DNA of 58,658 nt from Convolutriloba macropyga. Lineage: Eukaryota. The notes under the pieces are model-generated. The model saw nothing but the letters and a program-made list of their open reading frames with translations. It was not told where the DNA came from and made no database searches. Within the stretch, counting starts at the first letter, position 1. Each line of letters starts with the position of its first letter. Shown here in pieces: positions 1 to 11,914 of this stretch. The position numbers and the translations under genes are program-made. The DNA lies in the NCBI RefSeq assembly GCF_964194025.1, contig NC_134474.1, positions 34,043,343-34,102,000 on the forward strand, in the 5' to 3' direction.

Positions 1-93
1 GCAGTTTGCTTAATAGACTTCCCAGCAATCTGCCGTATCAGACGATAAAACGTTGTCAGGAGCTGATAGCAACTGAAATTATTGTATTTACCA

Positions 94-1579
94 CCCAGGT
101 TTAGGTCCAGAACCAAATTGACCTATGATCAGACTATGCAGACTGAAATGACCTCTGATCAGACTTTCCAGACCGAAGTTACCTCTGATCAGACCTTCCA
201 GACCAAAAAGATCTCTGATCAGACTTTCCAGACCAAAATGTCATCTGATCAGACCGAACCCAGACCACTGTCGTCTATAGTGCGCTTATGATCAGACCGA
301 AATTCAGACCATTGTCCAGACTATAAACAGACTATGATCAGAGCATCTTCAGACCATGGTCCAGACTCAATTTCAGACCATTGCCCAGACCTTAATCAGA
401 CTATGATCAGATTCAAGCGCGCTCGAAATAGTCTGATCAGAGAAAGATTTTAATTATGAACAAATCTCTTAATTTTGGTATAATATATTCATTTCATAAA
501 AACTTGTGTTAGCAGTATTAAAATCATCTAAGGAGAAGCCAATTCTGAAAATATTGCTAATGAAAACGAAACCTAATTGTTGAGAAAAAAATTTTATTTA
601 CCAAACCCCTTAGTTCATATTTCTGACTCAATTGATGAACTTAGACAGCTTTCCACAAGAAACGTCGTGATCTTCAGTTAATCAAAAACAAAGGTCTGGG
701 TTTGGTCTGAAAAGCGGTCAATTCGGTCTGGAAGGTGTGATCACAGTCTTTGTAGTCTGGACCATGGTCTGGGTTTGGTCTGATCAGAGGTCAATTCGGT
801 CTGGAAGGTCTGATTTCGAGTGCATTATTTTCAATTTTTTGTTTTTTTTATTGAGGGATGTTGGCTCCACCAAGAGGCAACAATAAAGCAGCGTTCCGAT
901 CAGAGACTTATCTAAAGTCCGAGGAATCTGATCAGAAACAAGGAGTCCAGCTGATAGCAAATGCCGGTCCCCTCAAGAGGAAATTTTGATTAACTGAAGA
1001 TCACGACGTTTCTTGTGGAAAGCTGTCTAAGTTCATCCATTGAGTCAGAAATATGAACTAAGGGGTTTGGTAAATAAAATTTTTTTCTCAACAACTAGGT
1101 TTCGTTTTCATTAGCAATATTTTCAGAATTGGCTTTTCCTTAGATGATTTTAATACTGCTAACACAAGTTTTTATGAAATGAATATATTATAGCAAAATT
1201 AAGAGATTTGTTCATAATTAAAATCTTTCTCTGATCAGACTATTTCGAGCGCACTTGAATCTGATCATAGTCTGATTAAGGTCTGGGCAATAGTCTTAAA
1301 TTGAGTCTGGACCATGTTGTGAAGATGGTCTGATCATAGTCTGTTTATAGTCTGGACGATTGTCTGAATTTCGGTCTGATCGTAAGCGCACTATAGTCTG
1401 GACAGTGGTCTGGGTTCGGTCTGATCAGAGGACATTTTGGTCTGGAAAGTCTGATCAGAGATCATTTTGGTCTGGAAGGTCTGATCAGAGGTAACTTCGG
1501 TCTGGAAAGTCTGATCAGAGGTCATTTCAGTCTGCATAGTCTGATCATAGGTCAATTTGGTTCTGGACCTAAACCTGGG
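94..1579. mobile_element. Non-autonomous foldback DNA transposon, CMC/EnSpm-like ends
   Basis: Begins CCCAGGTTTAGGTCCAGAACC (94) and ends GGTTCTGGACCTAAACCTGGG (1579). Inverted arms ~94-687 and ~984-1579 are nearly identical and flanked by a 2-bp duplication CA/CA. Arms carry 30-bp subterminal repeats built on the palindrome TCTGATCAGA. CCCAG termini, a 2-bp TSD and subterminal repeats are typical of animal EnSpm/CMC elements. No transposase. Confidence 0.85.
121..270. repeat. 30-bp subterminal tandem repeats (mirror copy ~1405-1553; degenerate copies ~693-813)
   Basis: Five units of ACCTCTGATCAGACTTTCCAGACCGAAGTT-like sequence. They explain the repetitive ORFs 82..291 and 1391..1582. Confidence 0.9.
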
Positions 1580-1721
1580 CAATGAAAACTCTAAAACACG
1601 TCACATTTCAATGTGAATATAGAAGGTATTTGAAATTAATTCGAACTCTTCGCTGGGGAACACTTCTAATCGATATTTCGTTTCTATATTTGTTTATTCA
1701 TCCTTGTGACGAACTTAAAAA

Positions 1722-1957
1722 AAACTGCCCTTCACGCCTATAAATTTATGTCCCGTCATCAGTTTTGGTGAGTCGCAATTTTAGAAACTAGTAAAGCGTA
1801 AGGTTTTAAGAGAGCTGCTCAGCCACTTAATGCCCTCTAGGCTTTAACTGTTTATCCCAATTTTGAGGACGAAAAGTTAAAGGCGTGAGGCAAAAAACGT
1901 TTGGGCGAAAAATTGCATAAAAAAGACCAGAGGAGTATTATAACTGCTACAAATTTT
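1722..1957 (-). mobile_element. Fragment of the Helentron-like (HINE) family
   Basis: Colinear with 43851-44073 (…CTGTTTATCCC…GAGGACGAAAA…AAATTGCATAAAAAAGACC…TGCTACAAA). Both termini are missing or decayed. Confidence 0.7.
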
Positions 1958-2142
1958 CACTTTACATACTTTATTTTTTACCACGTCCATTATTTCACAA
2001 CATTTAGATGGCAGTCATAACTTGTCAAAATTGTCGCCAAATAGTTGCTTTAATATACTTACAGCCTGTTCAAATTTTGAAGGAATCAGAAGAGAGTTTT
2101 TTGACAAAAAATCGTGCGTACCAAAAGCAAAAGTCATTTTGG

Positions 2143-4878
2143 GAAAACAATTAAACCTTTGAAACTTCAAAGCTAGTTCAGGGAACCAAGCCATTTAGAA
2201 CATCTTGAGTAAAAATGTCAAAAACCGTTTCCTTCTCAATCTCAGAAACCCGCAAAAAATAAGCTTAAAAAATACTTTAATTGCAATGTGGAGTAAAGAG
2301 ATTGAGGGCAATGAGAGTGCATATAGACAATTAATAGCTAAGAAAAGGTATGATTCATTGCAAAACAGTTTCTAATCAACAAGTTTGCTCTCACACGCCG
2401 GCGAAGTGTCAGGGGAGGGGGTGACTGAGGAGGGAATTGACAGCAGGGTCAAACTTATAAGAACTGCCTCTCACTCTAGGAGAGCTGCTGATCCACTGGA
2501 TATCTTTTGGGGTCAACTGTTCCTGCCGTTTTTCAGGACAACAATTTCGTCAAGCGCCTGTCAGACGCAAAGTGTCAGACGCAGAAAACCGCATAAAGAA
2601 GATTGCAGGACTGAAATAATTTTTACCAACTTTGTTTGCGAGAAACTAACAAAGCTAAAGTCTCTCCATGATAGGACTTTAAAAGATAGACCATTGGATG
2701 CTTGAAAAGCAGCAACGATTATTTTATCAACCGTTTAAAAAATTCCGCAGCCAATAATTATGCTCTATTAGAAAGATCACTGCATGATTATGCTAAGCAC
2801 AGCTTTTTAGGCAACTGGAGCCGGCTTTTGGGGCCCAAGTGGACAAAACTACTCTTAATATATTTCAAGTTTCTTGATTGACATCCAAAGCGTATTTTAA
2901 AGAATTATGAGATGCTGAACATTGACTTGTTTGAAGATTCAAGCTTTGTCTGCGTGAAACAAGATTTTTCATCTCATACTTATTTCTCAAGTGAAATTAA
3001 TAATGGGTGATTGATGCAGTTTAGCAGGGCAGCCCTTAAAGAAAAATGTTTTCAATTGCAGAGACTCCACATGGATACCACAGGCAATTTTTCGAAGTAG
3101 ATTTTTGACTTCTTCATAATAATTAAAGTTTATAATTCATTGGAACAATTTTAATTTTCCATGTTATAGAACACGATTCATAATAATTCAAGTTTATAAT
3201 TCATTGGAACATTTTTAATTTTCAATGTTATAGAACACTTTAAAGTTTTACAATTTCTTGCGTAAAATAATGAATCAAGTTCTTCTTTTCGTATTTATTT
3301 TGAGGCTGTTTCGATCATAATTTTGTGCTGAATTTGTGGTCATAGTTTTGCGTTATTAAATTCAGCACTCAAATATCGTTCTAAATGTCTACCGAATGAG
3401 GAAAGGATGGAAAACTTTCAAAAAGTCAAGAGTTTTTCAAAAAAACTGGTGTATGAAAAAAAACTTGTGTCCAACTCAAGTCATTCAGTGGAATTCTAAA
3501 AATGCCGCTTTAGAGGGCCGGGCCGTAGGAGACTTGCCATAATTAAGAATACGAGACAAGACAAACAACAAAACAAATGAACAACAACAAACATTAAGCA
3601 CATCCAAAACCATGTAGAAAACTAAATAACAAAGAATAAATAGCGTCAGATAGAAACTAAGCAAAAAGTTCATTTCAATATTCATCTCTAGAAAAGCTAT
3701 GGAACTAGTCCTCGGTAACAAATGGACAAAAAAAACAAAAAAGCGGCTAAATTAAAAATTTCTCTCATAAATTTGAAAACGATTTTCCCCAAAAAACGCC
3801 AACCATTTGATATGAGCTAAAATCACTAAATACGTTGTTTTCTATGCAATCGTTTATAACTCTCTTAGATGAGACATTTTGACTTGTAGTTATTGGGAAT
3901 CTTTTCATACAACTACAAAGAAGGTACAGAAGGAACAAAAACTCGCAAGAGAAAACAGCGATAAAACGGCGTCGAAGCCGTAATGACCATAACCTTTGCC
4001 CTAAGAACACGAAATGTTTCGTTGCGCATTTTTTGAAAGCCAATAAATGACTACATGACTACTCATTAATGAGACTAACATCAGACAAAAAAAGAGCGGA
4101 GTTTAAAAGTTAAAAACAACGTTTGTGTTTTCGAAAAAAAATAAAGAAAAGGTTATTGAAATCAGAAGCTATGAATTGAATTTAAAAAAACCAAGTTCTT
4201 TCATTCTTCTAAATGAGGTCAATAAAATTTTTTAATCAGAATATGTCCTAAGCTTACAAAAAGAACGCCAAAACAGACAAAAAATCAAAGTATTTTTTTT
4301 CGAAAAACCACTGTTGAAGCCGTTAAAGCTATAATGAATTAATAAATTCACTTAAAACCTTAGATATGTTAAATTTCGCCTGTTTTTTCTATTTCAGCGA
4401 AGAGTTATATGTGACATTTAATTAATGAGATTATGTAACACATAGAAAAAAAGAACAGAAGATGCAAACATAAAAAACACTTTTTTCAAAACAATTAATT
4501 TCAAAGCCATTTAAACAATGAGCAAACAAGAAAAATGTTTAATACGGTTCATCTACTTCTCCAAAAGAAGCACCTAAGACTTGTAAAAATTTCGGACATA
4601 AAAACAAAGAAATTCGAAAAACAGATTTCATAGCCGCTATAAACAGAATCAATTCACTGAAGGCTTTAGATATGTTCAATGGCGTTTTTTGTACGCCAAT
4701 ATTTTTATATGTGACTTGCCTTTATTGATAAGAGTTGATTAACGGAAATAGACAAAAAAAGAAGAAGAGGCAAAATCAAGAAAAACATAATTTTTGAAAT
4801 CAATATCTTTCAAAGTCATGAAAACCATCAGCCATCAATCCAAAAAAAACTTCCTTCAATACTCCAGAGGATGCCATT
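2143..4878. repeat. Segmental duplication block X, copy 1 (copy 2 at 7900-10176)
   Basis: Starts GAAAACAATTAAACCTTTGAA and ends GGATGCCATTG in both copies. Copy 1 has ~397 extra bp (3397-3793). Both copies share a 64-bp tandem duplication (3113-3238; 8883-9008). Confidence 0.9.
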
Positions 4879-5115
4879 GGGGTGGGGGTCAACAACGCGC
4901 GGGGGTTTCTTCATCCTCTAAAAACCGCACCCTTTACTCCATAATTATAATTCTCAAAAACAGTTTGAGCTAAATCAGAGCTGAAAGGCTCTAAGAGCTC
5001 TTAATGCCCGCTGGGCCTACCTGTTTATCCCGTTTTTTAGGACGCAAAATCAAATGGGTCAGACGAAAAGTCGGTCAAGCAAAAAATTGCATAAAAAAGA
5101 CGTTTGAGAGCAATT
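4879..5115 (-). mobile_element. 3'-truncated Helentron-like (HINE) copy; duplicate at ~6828-7064
   Basis: G-rich core plus conserved body ending CGTTTGAGAGCAATT. Shares an internal deletion and ~300 bp of right flank (to GCGCCACTTCGAG) with 13975-14512. Confidence 0.8.
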
Positions 5116-5426
5116 GAAAACTTAAACCACGTTAAAGAAATCTTTTAATTGCATAATCTACGCTGGAAGAGCTTTCTAATGATACAACTCGCAGCTTTCT
5201 AAGATGAATAAATTGATCGGCCAAAAATGACTGAACAACAAAAACCCAAATTGAGTATATATTTCCTCCCCCCACTAAAGCGGCTCGGAACAAAAACAGG
5301 TGTCAAAAGCACTAGGGGATTGTTTTCATGTTAAAATACATTCCAATGACACGGCTCAGATAGCTTTTAAAATCTTGAAGGAAAAAATAGAAAGCAGTAT
5401 GTCACGATAGCGCCACTTCGAGCCAG

Positions 5427-5685
5427 TTCGTACATAATTTTGCGGTGAAATGCCGTGAATGTGACGAAATTATGTAAGATCACGGCTAGAGTAAGCGGTG
5501 ATCTTACAAAAATTCACCACAATTCACCACTAAAATATGTAATTTCACAGCTAATATTAAGCGGGGAGATTACATATTTTAGCGGTGAATTGTGGTGAAT
5601 TTTTGTAAGATCACCGCTTACTCTAGCCGTGATCTTACATAATTTCGTCGCATTCACGGCATTTCACCGCAAAATTATGTACGAA
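5427..5685. repeat. ~260-bp palindrome with GCGGTGAA/TTCACCGC sub-repeats (related repeats continue to ~5870); duplicate at 7379-7637
   Basis: TTCGTACATAATTTTGCGGTGAAA … TTTCACCGCAAAATTATGTACGAA, arms ~115 bp. Probably a remnant of a foldback/MITE. Confidence 0.85.
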
Positions 5686-7899
5686 ATTTGCGGTGAAAGA
5701 ACTAACTTTTCACCGCTTGTCTCACATATTTTTCCAATTTTTGCGGTGAATTTTTATATGACCACAGCTTACTCAAGCGGTGAACTTACATAATTTCACC
5801 GCATTTTACCGCAAAATTAAGTACGAGAATTGCGGTGAAAAAAAAACTTTTCACCAATTATCTTACATATTTTTCCGATTTTTTGCGTTGAGATTTTTGC
5901 TGCTGTAAACTTGTCTTAGCTTTCGCATGGGCCTTTTTAGCTTCTGTGAAAACAATTAAACCTTTGAATCTTCAAAGCTAGTTCAGGGAACCAAACTATT
6001 TAGAACATCTAGAGAAAAAATGTCGAAAACCGTTTCCTTCTCAATTTCAGAAACCTGCAAAAAAATAAGCTTAAAAAACATTTCAATTGCAATGTGGAGT
6101 AAAAAATTTTAGGGCTTTGGGAGTGCATATCGACAATTAATAGTTAAGAAAAGGTAATTCGAAAAGTCAATAAAGTTTTTTAATCAGAATATGTCCTAAG
6201 ATTACAAAAAGAACGCCAAAACAGAAAAAAAGTCAAAGTATTTTTTTTCGAAAAACCACTGTTGAAGCCGTTAAAGCTATAATGAATTAATAAATTCACT
6301 TAAAACCTTTGATATGTTAAAGTTCGCCTGTTTTGTCTATTTCAGCGAAGAGTGATATGTGACATTTAATTAATGAGATTATGTGACACATAGAAAAAAA
6401 AGAACAGAAGATGCAAACATAAAAAACACTTTTTTCAAAATAATTAATTTCAAAGCCATTTAAACAATGAGCAAACAAGAAAAATGTTTAATAGTGTTCA
6501 TCTTTTTCTCCAAAAGAAGCACCTGAGACTTGTAAAAATTTCGGACATAAAAACAAAGAAATTCGAAAAACAGATTTCATAGCCGCTATAAACAGAATCA
6601 ATTCACTGAAGGCTTTAGATATGTTCAGTGGCGTTTTTTGTACGCCAATATTTTTATATGTGACTTGCCATTATTGATAAGAGTTGATTAACGGAAATAG
6701 ACAAAAAAAGAAGAAGAGGCAAAATCAAGAAAAACATAATTTTTGAAATCAATATCTTTCAAAGTCATGAAAACCATCAGCCATCAATCCAAAAAAAACT
6801 TCCTTCAATACTCCAGAGGATGCCATTGGGGTGGGGGTCAACAACGCGCGGGGGTTTCTTCATCCTCTAAAAACCGCACCCTTTACTCCATAATTATAAT
6901 TCTCAAAAACAGTTTGAGCTAAAACAGAGCTGAAAGGCTCTAAGAGCTCTTAATGCCCGCTGGGCCTACCTGTTTATCCCGTTTTTTAGGACGCAAAATC
7001 AAATGGGTCAGACGAAAAGTCGGTCAAGCAAAAAATTGCATAAAAAAGACGTTTGAGAGCAATTGAAAACTTAAACCACGTTAAAGAAATCTTTTTAATT
7101 GCATAATCTACGCTGGAAGAGCTTTCTAATGATACAACTCGCAGCTCTCTAAGATGAATAAATTGATCGGCCAAAAATGACTGAACAACAAAAACCCAAA
7201 TTGAGTATATATTTCCTCCCCCCACTAAAGCGGCTCGGAACAAAAACAGGTGTCAAAAGCACTAGGGGATTGTTTTCATGTTAAAATACATTCCAATGAC
7301 ACGGTTCAGATAGCTTTTAAAATCTTGAAGCAAAAAAAATAGAAAGGAGTATGTCACGATAGCGCCACTTCGAGCCAGTTCGTACATAATTTTGCGGTGA
7401 AATGCCGTGAATGCGAGGAAATTATGTAAGATCACGGCTAGAGTAAGCGGTGATCTTACAAAAATTCACCACAATTCACCGCTTAAATATGTAATTTCAC
7501 AGCTAATATTAAGCGGGTAGATTACATATTTTAGCGGTGAATTGTGGTGAATGTGTTAAAGATTACCGCTTACTCTAGCGGTGATCTTATATAATTTCAC
7601 CGCATTCACCGGATTTCACCGCAAAATTATGTACGAAATTTGCGGTGAAACAACTAACTTTTCACCGCTTGTCTCACATATTTTTCCAATTTTTGCGGTG
7701 AATTTTTTTATGACCACAGCTTACTCAAGCGGTGAACTTACATAATTTCACCGCATTTTACCGCAAAATTAAGTACGAGAATTGCGGTGAAAAAAAAACT
7801 TTTCACCAATTATCTTACATATTTTTCCGATTTTTTGGGTTCAGATTTTTGCTGCTGTAAACTTGTCTTAGCTTTCGCATGGGCCTTTTTAGTTTCTGT

Positions 7900-10176
7900 G
7901 AAAACAATTAACCATTTGAATCTTCAAAGCTAGTTCAGGGAACCAAACTATATAGAACATCTAGAGAAAAAATGTCGAAAACCGTTTCCTTCTCAATTTC
8001 AGAAACCCGCAAAAAAATAAGCTTGAAAAACATTTCTTTTGCAATGTGGAGTAAAAAATTTTAGGGCTTTGGGAGTGCATATCGACAATAAATAGTTAAG
8101 AAAAGGTATAATTTATTGCAAAAAAGCTTCTAATCAACGAGTTTGCTCTCACACGCCGGCGAAGTGTCAGGGGAGGGGGTGACTGAGGAGGGAATTGACA
8201 GCCGGGGTCACACTTATAAGACCCGCCTTTCACTCTAGGAGAGCTGTTGATCCACTGGATATCTTCTGGGGTCACCTGTTCTTGCCGCTTTTGAGGACAA
8301 CAATTAGGTCAAGCGCCTGTCAGACGCAAAGTGTCAGATTCAAAATACGTCAAGTAGAAAACCGCATAAAGAGTGCAGGATTAAAATAATTTTTACCAAC
8401 GTTGTTTGCGAGAAAATATTAAAGCTAAAATCTCTCCGTGAAAGGACTTTAAAAGATAGACCACTGGATTCTTGAAAAGCAGCAACGATTATTTTTATCA
8501 ACCGTTCAAAAAATTCCGCAGCCAATAATTATGCTCTATTAGTAAGATCACTGCATGATTATGCTAAGCACAGCTTTTTAGGTAACTGGAGCCGCCTTTT
8601 GCGGCCCAGGAGGACAAAACTATTCCTTATGTTTCAAGTTTCTTGATTAAACATCCAAAGCGCTTTTTAAAGAATTATGAGATGCTGAACATTGACTTGT
8701 TTGAAGATTCAAGCTTTGTCTGCGTGAAACAAGATTTTTCATCTCATAGTTATTTCTCAAGTGAAATTAATAATGGGTGATTGACGCAGTTTAGCAGGGC
8801 AGCCCTTAATGAAAAATGTTTTCAATTGCAGAGACTCCACATGGATACCACAGGCAATTTTTCGAAGTAGATTTTTTACTTCTTCATAATAATTAAAGTT
8901 TATAATTCATTGGAACAATTTTAATTTTCCATGTTATAGAACACGATTCATAATAATTCAAGTTTATAATTCATTGGAACATTTTTAATTTTCAATGTTA
9001 CAGAACACTTTAAAGTTTTACAATTTCTTGCGTAAAATAATGAGTCAAGTTCTCCTTTTCGTATTTACTTTGAGGCTGTTTCGATCAAAATTTTGTGCTG
9101 AATCTGTGGTCATAGTTTTGCGTAATCAAATTCAGCACTCAAATATCGTTCTAAATGTCTACCGAAAAACGCCAACGATTAGATATGAGCTAAAATCACT
9201 AAATACGTTGTTTTCTATGCAATCGTTTATAACTCTCTTAGATGAGACATTTTGACCTGTAGTTATTGGGAATCTTTTCATACAACTACAAAGAAGGTAC
9301 AAAAGGAACAAAAACTCGCAAGAGAAAACAGCGATAAAACGGCGTCGAAGCCGTAATGACCATAACCTTTGCCCTAAGAATAAGAAATGTTTCGTTGCGC
9401 ATTTTTTGAAAGCCAATAAATGACTACATGACTACTCACTAATGAGACTAACATCAGACAAAAAAAGAGCGCAGTTTAAAAGTTAAAAACAACGTTTGTG
9501 TTTTTGAAAAAAAATAAAGAAAGGTTATTGAAATCAGAAGCTATGAATTGAATTTAAAAAAACCAAGTTCTTTCATTCTTCTAAATGAGGTCAATAAAAT
9601 TTTTTAATCAGAATATGTCCTAAGCTTACAAAATGAACGCCAAAACAGACAAAAAATCAAAGTATTTTTTTTCGAAAAACCACTGTTGAAGCCGTTAAAG
9701 CTATAATGAATTATGTATGAATGAGATTATGTAACACATAGAAAAAAAAGAACAGAAGATGCAAACATAAAAAACACTTTTTTCAAAACAATTAATATCA
9801 AAGCCATTTAAACAATGAGCAAACAAGAAAAATGTTTAATACGGTTCATCTATTTCTCCAAAAGAAGCACCTAAGACTTGTAAAAATTTCGGACATAAAA
9901 ACAAAGAAATTCGAAAAACAGATTTCATAGCCGCTATAAACAGAATCAATTCACTGAAGGCTTTAGATATGTTCAATGGCGTTTTTTGTACTCCAATATT
10001 TTTATATGTGACTTGCCATTATTGATAAGAGTTGATTAACGGAAATAGACAAAAAAGAAGAGGCAAAATCAAGAAAAACACAATTTTTTGAAATCAATAT
10101 ATTTCAAAGTCATGAAAACCATCAGCCATCAATTCAAATAAAAAACCTTCCTTCAATACTCCAAAGGATGCCATTG
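7900..10176. repeat. Segmental duplication block X, copy 2
   Basis: Colinear with 2143-4878. Continues into 10177-13975, which is absent after copy 1. Confidence 0.9.
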
Positions 10177-11914
10177 AGAACTTTCGTTAACCAAAACATG
10201 TCATTAAGTTAAAAGAACGGACCTCAAACACAAAGAACAATTGAAAAATAAATTAATTGTCTTGGCGGAAATCCGGCGTTGAGGCCGTTAAAACATAAAA
10301 TTCAAATAACAACTAATTGTATTCAAATGAGCCTTTCTTCTCTGCTAAAAATGTAATATCTGACCAACCTGCAACCATTAAGATTGGGTTACAAAAAAAA
10401 CAAAAAAGGTAAGATGAAAACGAAAAAGAAAGAAAACACTTCTTTTTTGAAAACAATCCGATGAAAATTCCTCAGCTGTAAATTGAAATAATTAAATTTA
10501 CTTGTCTATTCCCACACGGAAGTCCCAATAAACCGGTGTCCAAGCTTTAAAATGGTAATCATTTCACCTTAAAGAAGTGATATCCGCAAGCGCGCCTTTT
10601 TGACGCTAAAATAAGATATGTGACCTTTTATCAGTGAAAATAGGTAACAAATAGACAAAAAGAACTGTAGATGAAAAAACAAAGAAAACCTTTACTTTTC
10701 TTGAACTAATTATCTTCAAAGTCAAGAAAACCATCAATAAATGGGCTCATGCGTTCCTCCATAACACCCTATTGGAACCTATTGTCATTCAGAATTTCTC
10801 TTAAGCTCATACGAATACAATAGAAAGGCAATTAAAGACAAGGCGAAAAAATTCCAATCAATTCTCCTAGAAAATTTTGTCGTAGCCATTAAAACTATAA
10901 TCCGTTCCTCAAATAACTATTTGTTCAATTGTGCTTGTTTTCTAATAGGGCAATGTTACTAATGACACGAATGATATATGAAAAGTGACCTATCAACAAT
11001 TTGATATAGTGACAATCCACAAAAAAATGAAAAATGGGCAATTGTCCAAAAGTCAAAACTTTTTGCAACACTAGTAGCAATGAAGCCAGAGAACATATTT
11101 AAGCGTACAATGACAACGTAGAATACAATTTAATTAAGTCATGATGCCTTCTTTTTGTGCTGAAACTAAGCTACAGGTTGACCAAAATAAAAGAAAAAAT
11201 AGTGGCAAAGTTTTATAATCGATTTCAAATGTAAAAACGAACGACAAAAAGTTTTCGAATAAACAACTAAAAACATTATTTGCTGCCACTGAATATAACT
11301 GAACCCATCAATAGTGAGCCTTGATGTGAAATGTTCTGTTCAGTAGTGAGCTCAAAAAAAGCAATAGTTTTTTTCTTTAGAAAAAGACAGCCACCGATCA
11401 CAATTCGAAAAAATTGAAATTATAGAATTTAACGATCTGATGAAAACTAGCCCTGGGAAGAACATGCATTGATTCCCAGTGTGATGTACATGAATAGTTT
11501 GACAAAAAATTTCTATTTTCAGAGGAAAATGATGCATTTTGTAAATTTATTGAGTTATGATCGCTAAAAACCGGCTAAACTTCCACGGCTGAAACTTTTA
11601 AAGGAAAGCGGCGAAACAATATGAACTCTATTGAAGAGAAAAAAACTGTGTCAGGCTTTTTAGGTGTTCACGTCTGGCTAATTGAAGCAAAGTTGACTGG
11701 AGAACCCTGTTTTTTTTTTACAATCTTCGAAGAACAAAAATTTTTTTTTATAAATTAGTAGTAAAAATTGAGCCAAGAAGGACCAGATAAAATTTTTATC
11801 GACACTCTTTTACTTTTAGAAAACAAAGCAACAAAAAATTTGATCATATTTTATCAAAATTGCCAAAATATAGGAAAAGGTGAATAGAAACAACTGAAAT
11901 CCGTCTTTTATTCG

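Larger units (their letters stand above)
4218..8108. repeat. Recent ~1.95-kb tandem duplication (4218-6156 / 6166-8108)
   Basis: Both units start GTCAATAAA and end AAGAAAAGGTA. They are near-identical with an offset of 1948-1952 and a 9-bp filler ATTCGAAAA at the junction. Confidence 0.92.

Noticed and set aside
82-291. ORFs 82..291 and 1391..1582 with SDQTFQT repeats
   Set aside because: Translations of the 30-bp subterminal repeats in the two arms of the foldback; mirror-image and no true ATG context.
2385-2705. hAT dimerisation-like words (LSHAGE, DPLDIFW)
   Set aside because: The motifs occur in the reverse of the expected order and the frame is not preserved in the duplicate at 8144-8475.
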